NCBI GenBank assembly: GCA_963514005.1
Contig: OY740783.1
Span: 40,114,001-40,178,000, forward strand
DNA from: Raja brachyura
Lineage: Eukaryota
Length of the DNA: 64,000 bases
Direction: 5' to 3'
In this document: piece by piece, positions 26,420 to 38,102 of the stretch
Position numbering within the stretch: the stretch's first letter is position 1
Layout of the letters: every line of letters begins with the position of its first letter
Made by a program: the position numbers and the translations under genes
Notes under the pieces: generated by a model
Told to the model about the DNA's origin: nothing
Database searches by the model: none
The model's input: the letters and a program-made list of their open reading frames with translations, nothing else

Positions 26420-26726
26420 GTTTAGTTTAGTTTATAGATACAGCACGGAAATAGGCCTTTCGGCCCACCGACTCCGCGATGACCAGCGATCCTTGTACAT
26501 TAACACACACACACACACAAGCAACCATTTACAATTTTACCAAGCCATTTAACCTACAAACCTGTACGTCTTTGAAATATGGGTAGAAACCAGAGATCCC
26601 GGGGAAGACCAAAATGCAGGTCGAAGGGAGAAGGTACAAACTCTGTACAGACAAGCACCCGTAGTCAGGATCGAACCCAGGTCTCTGCCGCTCTAAGGCA
26701 GCAACTCTACCGTTGTGCCACCGTGC
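26420..26726 (-). mobile_element. tRNA-derived V-SINE (HE1-like) with LINE-derived tail
   Basis: A-box-like ggtggcacaacggtag. B box GGTTCGATCC (26677-26668). V-domain-like tgtacagagtttgtac. (ctaaa)n tail. Confidence 0.85.
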
Positions 26727-28299
26727 TATTGAAGTTAATTGCAACAAATCAACCTACTATGACTAAGATCAATAATGTTAATATAAGCTGGGCTAAATGT
26801 AGTGACTAATTTATTCACATGGTTCATTACCCTGTCCTTAAATGGACATTTTTGCATTACCTTGAGACTTTTTGTTTAAATGTACTTTTAAAAAAAAGTT
26901 ATGAATTTAAGGTTTCCACATATTCAGATAAATTCATAGATTTGAATAGAGCAAATCTGTTTAAAAGTCTAAGGGACTTCAGTTTTCAGTTTGTTTGATT
27001 TCTTATAAAATTATTTCAAATCTGTTAAAAAACTTGCAAACATATTTGAGACGGTCAGTTTCTCGAGTGGATAGCACATTCCCAAGTTACATTTAACCCA
27101 TTTCAACAGCAAGTGATAATAAGAAAGGAATGCATTCAATTCAAATGTAATTTGTAACCAAATATGTAACAACAAAACACACATCTTGCCCTTCCAATCC
27201 CTCTGATAAAATTAATGTTGTACTACTGCAAATCATTAACCTAACAATTCTTCAATACCTGGACAGTTTCATTCAATTGATGGCGAGCCATTAAATATCT
27301 TTAATTAATGAAGCACCACAACAAAATGTTTTTGCACATGGCGTCATACCTTTGATTGGGCCTTGCATAGTTAACAATCACAACATGGATATGCTTTCAT
27401 AGAATCTCTTGGCCCTTATCTTTTATTTTATTTCCTCTAATCTAAGTTACCAAGCAAAGATCTAGGCCCAGATTTTTACATTAATTTGCCAGTGTCACCA
27501 CCAAGATAGTCAAATAATTAACAAATGTAAAATACGACACTCTCTGCTTTACTTATTAGTAAAAGCTTAATGGTAAAATTGAAGCATGATATATTCCTAC
27601 GTTTGGTTTTCCGAATATGTCGAACGTGATGATAGCTTTAGTGCACATGTGTACAGAGCTTCAAAGCCGGCATTCAAAACCATGCTTGCCTTCCCGTTCA
27701 AGAATTTCTGTTCAATAGCTTTGATCTTGCATGTTTAGAATCCTGCCTTCAAATTTTGTTGTTCATACAGCAGTGGAACAAGTTGATATAATTCTGCAAC
27801 TGAAACAGACTTTGAACCCTGCTGGAGACATTTATAATGTAGGTCAGAGAATCTGTAAGATCTACAGACGTGCTGCTTGATCCTATTTCCTAGTCTAGGT
27901 ATAATAAGTTCCTGATTACATCTATCATTGTAATAGATCTGCAGACAGCATTAGACAAATGTAAGTGCTCAGTGTGCAAAATCATTCAGCAGTAACTATT
28001 TTTAAATGTTTATCAATCTAACAAGTTTTATTGTCAGAACCAAAGAAATTGGAGCTCAGAATAGTAAATTACAATCACACAGGGCGAGCAAGGTAGAAAA
28101 ATGTGTCTGTAAATTTATCCACTTTGGCAAAGAATATAACAAGTAACATCAATTCAATTTTTTTTTGCTCCTTTAATATTTGTCTTTGAATGCTAAAAAT
28201 ATAGGCTTTATTTATTCAAAGAAAAAAATGGCCCAGTTTGTGGAGAATGGAAACTGCACCTATCTGATGCAGACATATAGCACCCATGATTTAGTGCAC

Positions 28300-28490
28300 A
28301 CAGTTTTATCTGAATGCTGCCAGTTGTGGGTTCAAAGCCCACCTCATAGACCAGAATATATATTTCAGACTGTTGCTTTAATGATGCTCATGTAAAACAT
28401 TATTGAACCAAGGCCAATTTGCCCTCAGCAGGCATTACAATTATTGCAACTATTCAAAGGGAGCTCCTCTTTATGACCAAGTCAACATTT
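28300..28490 (+). mobile_element. Ancient Deu-SINE-like fragment
   Basis: gttgtgggttcaaagccca B-box region and aaccaaggcc…tgccctc. Heavily decayed. Confidence 0.4.
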
Positions 28491-28665
28491 GGCAACCAAA
28501 TTTATAAACTGGACTTACTGGAAATCGGAAATAAAAACAAAAAACACTGGAAAAATTCTGCAACTAAAGCAGTATCTAGTCATCCATATGAAATGCGATG
28601 TTTGACAAAGTTATTGCATATAAATAACATGTTACATTTTCCTCACCGCAACAGTATCCTCACAA

Positions 28666-28925
28666 ATGGCACAGTAGCACAGCCGATAGAACCACTGCCC
28701 CATTGGGCCAGAGACTCTGGTTCAATCCTGATGCTGCGTGCTGACTGCATGGAGTTTGGACCTTCTCTCTGTAACCTTGTTGATTTATTCATGGTACTCC
28801 CATATATGGAATGATAAGGTTAATTCACTATAAATTGCTCCAGTGTGCATGTGAGAAGAATCTGCATGGTGTTGATGAGAATATGTAGAGAAGTAAAAAT
28901 GGGATTCATGTTTATTATGTGGGCC
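28666..28925 (+). mobile_element. Decayed V-SINE
   Basis: ggcacagtagcacagc…ggttcaatcctga…tggagtttg. Same layout as 26420-26726. Confidence 0.75.
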
Positions 28926-30739
28926 AGATTTATCCATTTTATATCTCTGTGATGTTATATATCTCTGTGAATATTTCAGAATTATTTTTATAAAAAACAT
29001 TCCGTGTCCAACCTCATTCTTTCCTTTTTTTAATGGTTAGGAAAACCAAGGATAAATGATAAAAAAAATATCAATGCTACCTTTTTTTTTTCTTATTATA
29101 CACAAGCAGTTCAAAATCTGGAGCACATCTCGATAATCATCTTTGCTAGCAGAGGGGGGGAAATTATTTGCAAAGGAAGAAGAATGGGCACCATTGTTCA
29201 CAACAAGCACTGACATAACAGACTGGATTCTAAAGCAAAGCACCATGAAGTAAAGCCTGATATGGGTTTTCCTATCCATTGGTGGTCTGTGGTTTGAGAA
29301 ATTTGACAGGTTCAATGTATACTCAACACTCTCCTGATGCAGACAATAATAAGATGCTATCACATTTATTTTCACAAAATACCATACTCATCTTTTTAAA
29401 TGCTCCCTAATTATTTTATTTAATTCTAATTAAATTAATCTAATTCTTGAAATCTGTTGATTTTCAACCCTCAACCAACTATTTTTAATTTATTTCTGTC
29501 ACCTTGCTTACTCCTCTTGCTTATGTCAGTTCTTTGTCTATGAGCATGCCTCACCATTAGTAAAACTTCAGGCACATCAAGCACCACGCCCAACAAAGAA
29601 AGCCGCAAATCAATATGATTTATTGTTTCAAATACGGGGGATATCATGAAAAAAAGGTAGCCCTCAAGATCTTGGTGAAAATGGCAAAAACAATGTGTTC
29701 TGAAATTAAATAAAAGGATGCCTGTACAGCATGGTAGAACCATTGGTCACAAAATTAACATCACAATCAGGAAGACATGACCATTATAGGAGGCATTGGG
29801 CGTGAAGGTGTTTGTTAAATTTAGTTATCAAGCAGGATAACTTCCTTTCATTAGCTAATTAGAACGTTGTCATCAATATGCATGCACTATTCTCAGTGAG
29901 GATTCTCAAATGTGATTTAAGAAAAATGAACCAAATCAATAAGGTTTGTCCCCTATGAACCATTCATGACACTCGTGAACAGAAGTAAAATGTTCAATGC
30001 AAGTATACTGCCCACTTAACAGAAAAAACAATTTTCAAAAAATAAGTTACAAACAGTTTATTCGCAATGTAATAAGAATTTGTCAGCCTTAAGCAGAGTT
30101 ACTCAGTGCGTCTGGTGTTACAAGGTTATACTTAAATCATTCTTGATGCTCTGAAAAGGGAAAAGCTGAAACTGTCTTTTTTTGGGATGGATTACCACAA
30201 TAAAGGAACAATATTGTTGCAAGTTGTTGACCTGATCTGAACGCCAGAAATAAATGCATTTTATCCTCATAAAAAATTCATGCACTCCTAGAACGTCTTA
30301 AAACTATAAAATACTTAGAGGTCATATTTTATTATTTTTATGTTTCCTTTGGCATGCATACTTTGGCTTTATAAGAGTACATGGCCTTCCATTACATGGT
30401 ATGGTTTGTGCAGTGTTCTGCACTTAATTGAGCAGCAAAACGCATAAATACGTTTTTATCACAATTCAACCAACGCCTTTGGCCACTTTTAACCATTGAA
30501 ATATTGTTTCTTTTTGTCATTGTATGAATTTGAACATGTTCGTTTCTCTGCTTGTATGTGCTTGTGCATGTGTATCTGCGTGTGTGTTCATGTGTATGTG
30601 CACACAAACACATGCATGCTCTTAAGGATTCAGATACACCTACACAGTGACTATAAAAATAACATGGGAAACAAGACATCGCAAATATGAATAAGCACTG
30701 ACTTAGGTTTGAAAATCTTATTTGTCCACATAAAACGGA

Positions 30740-30853
30740 CAAGATAGTTAGTTCCTAACAGTCATTGCATGTCATGTTGTCACTTGTGGGCGGAGCATCA
30801 AGGCAAATTCCTTGTATGTGAATACTTGGCCAATAAACTTATTCATTCATTCG
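30740..30853 (+). mobile_element. Short LINE 3' tail fragment
   Basis: caaattccttgtatgtgaatacttggccaataaa followed by (attc)n. Confidence 0.55.
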
Positions 30854-31248
30854 TTTATGCAGTTTGTAGCCAAAGGATTATCAACCATCCATGCACCAAC
30901 ATGCTCTCTTTCACTCCTCTGTCTGAGTGACCATTAGTTAGCTCATGCCACTCTTTCCGGCTGAGCATCAGCTTCAGGTATACTGCTTTCCTCCTCTTCA
31001 ATTCCTGGTCTATTGGTTTTCTGCTCTTCAATGGAATGTCAGAACATGGAAAAAGCAACTCCAACCATTTTGCCAAATGCCATTTCTTTCCCCCAGGAGT
31101 GATACTCCAACTTTTAGCTACCGCCCACCATCCTAGTATCCTTGGCCACTGGATGCCACCTTCCACTCTTTTACTCTATTCTGGATTTTGCTCTTTTCCA
31201 CTGCCCTTCCAGTAATCCTTAAAACTAATGAATTTGCTACTTTATCCT

Positions 31249-31285
31249 GCACTTAACAGGAAATGCTGCATTTCCTGTTAAGTGC
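31249..31285. repeat. Perfect 18-bp inverted repeat with 1-nt spacer
   Basis: gcacttaacaggaaatgc-t-gcatttcctgttaagtgc. Confidence 0.97.
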
Positions 31286-33550
31286 CAATGGAGGAATAAA
31301 AAAAACAAAATAAAGAAATCCACAGAAACATTGCAGGCAGAACAAGGCAAATGATAAAGCTAGCTTGAGGGTTTAAATGGTCCATTTCTGTTTCTACCAC
31401 CTCTGGGCATATGTATTTATATTGTGTATTCAGTCTTCTTTTCTTATTTTACACCGCTGTGTTGTGAAATCTGTCTTGCTTGCATCTGTTTTAAATATTT
31501 TTTTTATATCTTACTTTTGGAGTATTAGGTCCATTGATTTACAGCAGGGAATATCAAACGAACATGTTTTTATGGTTCCAGCACAGAACACACCCACATA
31601 ATTCTAACTGAGCAGTTGTTTCATCAATTATTATTTTGCCAGACAGACGAAAATGTGATTTCAAAACAAATTGCAATATCATGGATCAGACTTTCACTGA
31701 ATTACTCAACTGTGGAAAGCATTTCTAAATACCCAGTACTCACATTATTTTGGTTTTGTGATAAATGAAAACAAGCCGACATTGCTTTGAGTGATGTAAG
31801 GTTGATTAGTGGGAGTAATTAAAGTGCACAAAATATTGTACTTTTTTTCCAGTCCAGTGCTCATCGTAAGGTTAAATTAACATTCACACCGCATAATTTC
31901 TATCAGCTTTTGAAGATGATCCCATAGATTTACAGGACAGCCAGTATTTCAGCACATAAACCTAACTTAGCCTTTTCTATTTGTGAGTAATCTATTTCAA
32001 ATGACATTTATGATATCTATGTATTCATAGATTTTGCATTAAGAAACTATTATTTGTTCATGAATAAATGTTAAACCACCACCGATCTCTAACATTCATT
32101 ATTGACGATTCCAGCCTCCGTCTCAACCAGGTACAATAATTGCAATCCCATTCAATTCTCATTTCAAGAATATCACAAACAGTTCTCTGATTAACTTGAA
32201 ATCCCCAAGGAAAGCATAATTGAAATGAAGATTCAATAGTATCCAAAGATTATTTGTTTTTTTTTAAATATTTGATAGAGATATTGCATCCAAAAACCTA
32301 TTAATAATAACCATGCTTTTGCCACTATTGTTGTCAATCTGTGCACAGTGGGAATTGGGCAATGGGATTAAGCATTTGTCTGTGGAAGTATTCAAAGGAC
32401 AGCAACAAGCCTGCTATTCCATAACTGCTTTTCAACTTACTGAGCACGTAGATTTAGCTGCTGGACATTTGCCAGATAAACCTCAATTTTCATCACACAC
32501 AACTGACCCGTATTGAATAATGATGACCTACCTATGTGAATGAACATCACCCAGGGACCTCAAGTAGCAGACATTCAAAGGATTGGAAATTCTTTATTAA
32601 GTGTAATTCAATTTGAATCTATTTAAAATCGAAGGACAAAGCGCTGTGTGCATGGTGATAGGGAGGGGTGGGGCGAAGGGATGTATAAGGTCAAACAGGA
32701 AAGGAAAGTCTTGGGAGCAGATTGTATTAATCAAAAGCACTTTTTCTTTAAAAGCATACAGACATGAGCAAAGAATTCTGATGGATTTTTATCAAAGAAT
32801 TGTAATTACCATCGACTTCACAGTGCACATGGCAAAACAACTAAATTAGTCCATATATTTTGATGTGTTATCCAAAGGGCCACACTAATAGTCCAGATAT
32901 AAAAATTCAAAACCCACACAGCAGCAATGGGTTTTAAATTCAATTAATAATTTAGAATGAAAATCCCTTTAGCACCAATAACCACAAAACAACTATATTG
33001 TTATACAAAAAAACATCTGTTACTCTGACAACAGAAGAAACTGCTATCCTTTCTCAATACACCCTGCACACAACTCCAGATTCACCAATGTGGTAATTGT
33101 TTAAAGGTCCTCCAGCTGTTTCATTCAAGAGCAATTAGAGATGGGTAATAAATGCAGGCCTTGCCAGGAATCCAAACCCTAAATCCTAAACAATTCTGAG
33201 ACCGAGTCTCCATTCTCAAAAATTAACTTCAGTGATGTCACTGACAACAAGCATGACAGTAAACCAGGAACTTTGACATCTGAATAGTCTGAAATTCACG
33301 CTGTTTGCCAGGTTTGAAGAAATGTTAATATGCCAATAATTTGAAGGCAGGTGCCAATGTGGGATGTGAGGAGAATGGGAGAGGCATCGGTTGGATTTTT
33401 TAAAAAATGGCAAAATGAATGGAAAAGGGAATGGCAGAAAAATATAATGTGGAAAATGTGAGTTCATCTACCATTCAACTACAATCAACCATTCCAAAGC
33501 TTTCAGCATATTTCATTCATTTATCTGCACCATTATCCTATTTCTGGATT

Positions 33551-33588
33551 AAGCATATTGCAGACTTTCCACAAACCTCTTATTGGTG
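33551..33588 (+). repeat. 38-bp direct repeat, copy 1 (copy 2 at 34340-34377)
   Basis: aagcatattgcagactttccacaaacctcttattggtg vs aagcgtattgcagactttccacaaacttcttatcggtg (3 transitions). Confidence 0.92.
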
Positions 33589-33867
33589 AACATGTGATTC
33601 AAAGATTACCATCCTTCAAACTCTTTCTTATTCATTTACTTTATAGCTCACATATTTTCCTGAAGGACCTCACTTTTTTTATGCTATGCTAATGGCATCC
33701 GACCACAATCACTGAAATGATTTTCACCTGCACAGTGGGATCTTTGGCCCCAAAACCAAGCAAGCAACATGCAGCCCAAAATGACATACGCCAGTGTGGA
33801 AATTCTTCAATTGACCCATAACAACTGTATCACTTATCACTCTTAATCCAATGTTATACCATAACAT

Positions 33868-34025
33868 AAGGCAGAGATAGATAGATTCTTGATTAGTACG
33901 GTGTCAGGGATTATGACAAGAGAATGGGGTTGAGAGTGTGAGATAGATCAGCCATGATTGAATGGTGGTGTAGACATGGGCCAAATGGCCTAATTCTACT
34001 CCTAACACTTATGAACATGAACATT
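33868..34025 (+). mobile_element. CR1 3'-end fragment
   Basis: gatcagccatgattgaatgg…gggccaaatggcctaattct…(atgaac)n. Confidence 0.75.
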
Positions 34026-36893
34026 GGGAGTAATGCCTCACATCCTTCTGTGAAGCTGACTGTGGCTATATTATTGCTCTCTCATCATTCTGCTGTAATT
34101 GGCACAGTTGATTATGCTTTATTCTTCCATCACTTCTAGTTTCAAGCTCCATTTTAAAATACTTACATGTTTAGATCAATTTCTATTTGGATGGAGCCAA
34201 TCCATCCTCAGTAATGGATACGTATACAGTATTTGTGCTACAGTAAACTGCTGCTTTAAGGTAAAAATCATCTTGCTTGTGTCTCTGTACCACCCAACAA
34301 GCATGTGCTAACATCTCGATTAAAAACTGTTAAAGCTCAAAGCGTATTGCAGACTTTCCACAAACTTCTTATCGGTGTCCAGGCAAATACCTACAGAACC
34401 CATGTAAGAACACACCAGTAATCACATATCAAGTAGCCAGTCAGATAAAGGAATATCTCAACAAAAATCTAAGGGAGTTGAAAAAAACATGATAATTTGT
34501 TGATTACAGGTGATCATGCTGACTGGAACTCAAAATAAATGTTGCCGTATATCATGAGAAATGTGTCGTTAACTGTGAATCTTTGGATGATCAGTGTATT
34601 GTCCATAAAGGTAACTGCAGTAATAGAGATAACAAAAAATAATTTAATGGTTCTTAAAAGAATTATAACTTTTATACCTCATATTTCAATTTTTGGATGA
34701 ACACAAGGAAAATTGTAGTTTGCACCTTTGTTGTTGCAAATAATCTACTGAATTCTATGTTTCTATGAATTTACTTTAAAAGTAAAATTAATTATACCAG
34801 TATTCTCCTGTCACACCTCTAAAACTCCTGTATGATGTGACATTCAAGACAAAGCCGATTCTGTTTTGACACAACCATTCTCTTGAATGTACATTGCTCA
34901 GAAAGTATTTAAAAATGACAGCACTCTAGTAGACAAATAAATATCATGCACATAATATATTTGCATTAATCCTGTGCGGCTACAAAAGTTGTAAATCTAT
35001 TAAAAATGTTTGAGTGACATAAACCATTCAACTACTGCCAGAAGATGTTCACAATTTTAAAAAAAGTTGCTCAATACATGGTCGTTGAGCTTTCTTCAAG
35101 CCTTTCATGTTCCTGAATTATTTTTCCAGCTGTACAGTGTCTGTGAGAGTTTAATTGATTAATTCAAAGTCAGGAGATCTAAGCCACCAAAGGACATCAA
35201 TAAATTGAAGCCATCATTAACTTTATGGATATTACTGTTATAGGTCACAAAATACTGTTTTCTTTTGAGAGGTTTTTGTTAATTCTTTCACATCTGTTTC
35301 TATATTTTACAGATGGGCGTTTTCCTTTTTATCGATTAATGTATCATTTTACCTATATGTCCTGATATGTCAAGGCTGCTTTACCAAAGGGAGCTCAAGG
35401 AATGCTCTATGTTCTGTTTCACAGAGATATGGCTCACCCCCAGCTTCCCAGGCTCAGCCGTCCAGCCTGAAGGTTTCTCCATCCACCGTCTGGACCATAG
35501 GCAGGCATCTGGGAAAGGGAGAGGAGCGGGCGTTTGCCTCATGGTCAACTCTTCATGGTGCTCAGACGTGGCAGTTCTGTCTAACTCCTGCTCTCCGCAC
35601 CTGGAGGTGAAGTGCCGCCCCTTCTACCTACCGAGGGAATTCACCTCCATCGTCCTGACCGTGGTCTACATTCCACCCCAGGCAGACGTCCGTCTGGCAC
35701 TGGAGGAGCTGCACGCTGTGGTCAACAAGCACCAGACGGCTTACCCCAAGGTGTTCACCACTATAGCCGGGGTTTTCAACAAAGCCAACCTGAAGAAATC
35801 GCTCCCTAACTTGCACCAACATGTCTCCTGCAGCACCAGAGGATCAAACACCCTTGACCATTGCTACATGACCATCAAAGACACCTACCGCTCTATCCCT
35901 CGCCCTCACTTTGGAAAATCCAACCATTCAGCGATGCTGCTTCTTCCTGCATACAGGCAGCAACTGAAGAAAGCACCCCTAGAGGTGAGGACTGTGTGGA
36001 GCTGGTCAGGGAAGGCAGAGGAACATCTCCAGGACTGCTTGGCGTCTGTAGACTGGGCAATGTTCAAGAACTCGGCAACGGACCAGAATGAATATGCCTC
36101 TGTGGTTACAGACTTCATAAGTAAATGTGTTGAGGACTGTGTTCCAAAAAAAACCTTCCGAGTGTTTCCTATCCAGAAGCCTTGGATGAACCATGAGATC
36201 CACATTCTTCTGAAGACCACACCATTCAGGTCTGGCGATGCAAAGGTCTATACGAAGTCCAGATGCAACCTTGGTAAGGCCATCAAAAAGGCCAAAAGGG
36301 ATTTCTGCTGTAAGCTGGTGGATGAGATGGATGTTTGGCAACTGTGGCAGGGCTTGAATGCCATCACCTCAGACAAGGCGAAATCAGGAGGCAGCTCAAA
36401 AGACAGCGAAGCATCATTCCCTGACGAGCTCTGACAGGTATTACAGTCACAGAGGCTGATGTCAGAAGATCCTTCGGGGGGTGAACCCTCGGAAAGCGCC
36501 TGGACCTGATGGTATACCCGGTCGAGTTCTCAAGACCTGTGCAGACCAACTGCCGGGAGATTTTGCGGACATTTTCAACCTCTCACTTCTGAGGTCTGAG
36601 GTTCCCACCTGCTTTAAAAGGGCATCAATAATATTGGTGCCCAAGAAGAGTAAGGTCACGTGCCTCAAAGACTATCGACCAGTGGCACTAACGTTTGTGG
36701 TGATGAAGTGCTTTGAGAGCTTGGTTATCAACTCCTACCTTGACAAGAACCTCGACCCACTACAGTTCGCATACCGCCACAACAGGTCAACGGAGGATGC
36801 AATTTCACTGGCTCTCCACGCCGCATTGGACCACTTGGACAATAAAAACACTGTTGTTTATAGACTACAGCTCGGCGTTTAATACCATCATCC

Positions 36894-37632
36894 GAATGGC
36901 CGATTAGGAAAAGGGGAGATGCAGCGCGACCTGGGTGTCAGGGTACACCAGTCATTGAAAGTAGGCATGCAGGTGCAGCAGGCAGTGAAGAAAGCCAATG
37001 GTATGTTAGCTTTCATAGCAAAAGGATTTGAGTATAGGAGCAGGGAGGTTCTGCTTCAGTTGTATAGGGTCTTGGTGAGACCACACCTGGAGTATTGCGT
37101 ACAGTTCTGGTCTCCAAATCTGAGGAAGGACATTATTGCCATAGAGGGAGTGCAGAGAGGTTCACCAGACTGATTCCTGGGATGTCAGGACTGTCTTATG
37201 AACAAAGACTGCATAGACTCGGTTTATACTCTCTAGAATTTAGGAGATTGAGAGGGGATCTTATAGAAACTTACAAGATTCTTAAGGGGTTGGACAGGCT
37301 AGATGCAGGAAGATTGTTCCCGATGTTGGGGAGGTCCAGGACAAGGGGTCACAGCTTAAGGATAAGGGGGAAATACTTTAGGACCGAGATGAGAAGGACT
37401 TTTTTCACACAGAGAGTGGTGGGTCTCTGGAACTCTCTGCCACAGAGGGTAGTTGACGCCAGTTCACTGGCTATATTTAAGAGGGAGTTAGATGTGGCCC
37501 TTGTGGCTAAGGGGATCAGAGGGTATGGAGAGAAGGCAGGTACGGGATACTGAGTTGATGATCAGCCATGATCATATTGAATGGCGGTGCAGGCTCGAAG
37601 GGCCTACTCCTGCACTTAATTTCTATGTTTCT
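36894..37632 (+). mobile_element. Young CR1 3' fragment nested in the Rex element
   Basis: Interrupts Rex at FNTII|PSKL. TSD atcc (36890-36893, 37633-37636). Confidence 0.93.
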
Positions 37633-37976
37633 ATCCCTTCCAAGCTGGTTACGAAACTCATGGAACTGGGTCTCTGCGCATCCTACTGCAATTGGATCCC
37701 CGATTTCCTCACCCACAGACCACAGTCTGTTTGAATTGGCAGAAACACTTCATCCTCGGTGATAATCCGTACGGGAGCACCTCAAGGCTGCTCTACTCAC
37801 TCTATACTCCCCCTGCTCTACTCTATACTCATGACTGTGTAACCGGACATAGTGCGAACTCCATCATCAAGTTCACCAACGACACCACTGTTGTCGGACA
37901 AATCACAGATGGGGATGAGCCAGAGTATAGAACTGAGATCGACCAACTGACCAAATGGTGCCAGCACAACAACCTG

Positions 37977-38102
37977 TCTGAAGAAGGGCCTCGACCCGAA
38001 ACGTCGCCTATCTCCTTCGCTCCTTAGATGCTGCTGCACCCGCTGAGTTTCTCCAGCTTTTTGTGTAACCCTCGATTCTCCAGCATCTGCAGTTCCTTCT
38101 TT
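37977..38102 (+). mobile_element. 126-bp Penelope-derived mini-insert nested in the Rex element
   Basis: 9-bp TSD aacaacctg (37968-37976, 38103-38111). Two differences from the copy at 61832-61956. Confidence 0.92.
37978..38005 (+). ncRNA. Minimal type I hammerhead ribozyme core
   Basis: CUGAAGA-A-GGG(CCUCGA)CCC-GAAAC-GUC. Confidence 0.6.

Noticed and set aside
26640-26726. tRNA gene
   Set aside because: A/B boxes are present but continue into a SINE body and tail; no complete cloverleaf.
35367-36434. 355-aa ORF as a host gene
   Set aside because: It is the APE/tether part of a Rex LINE with a mutated catalytic motif (AGVFN for GDFN) and downstream disruptions.
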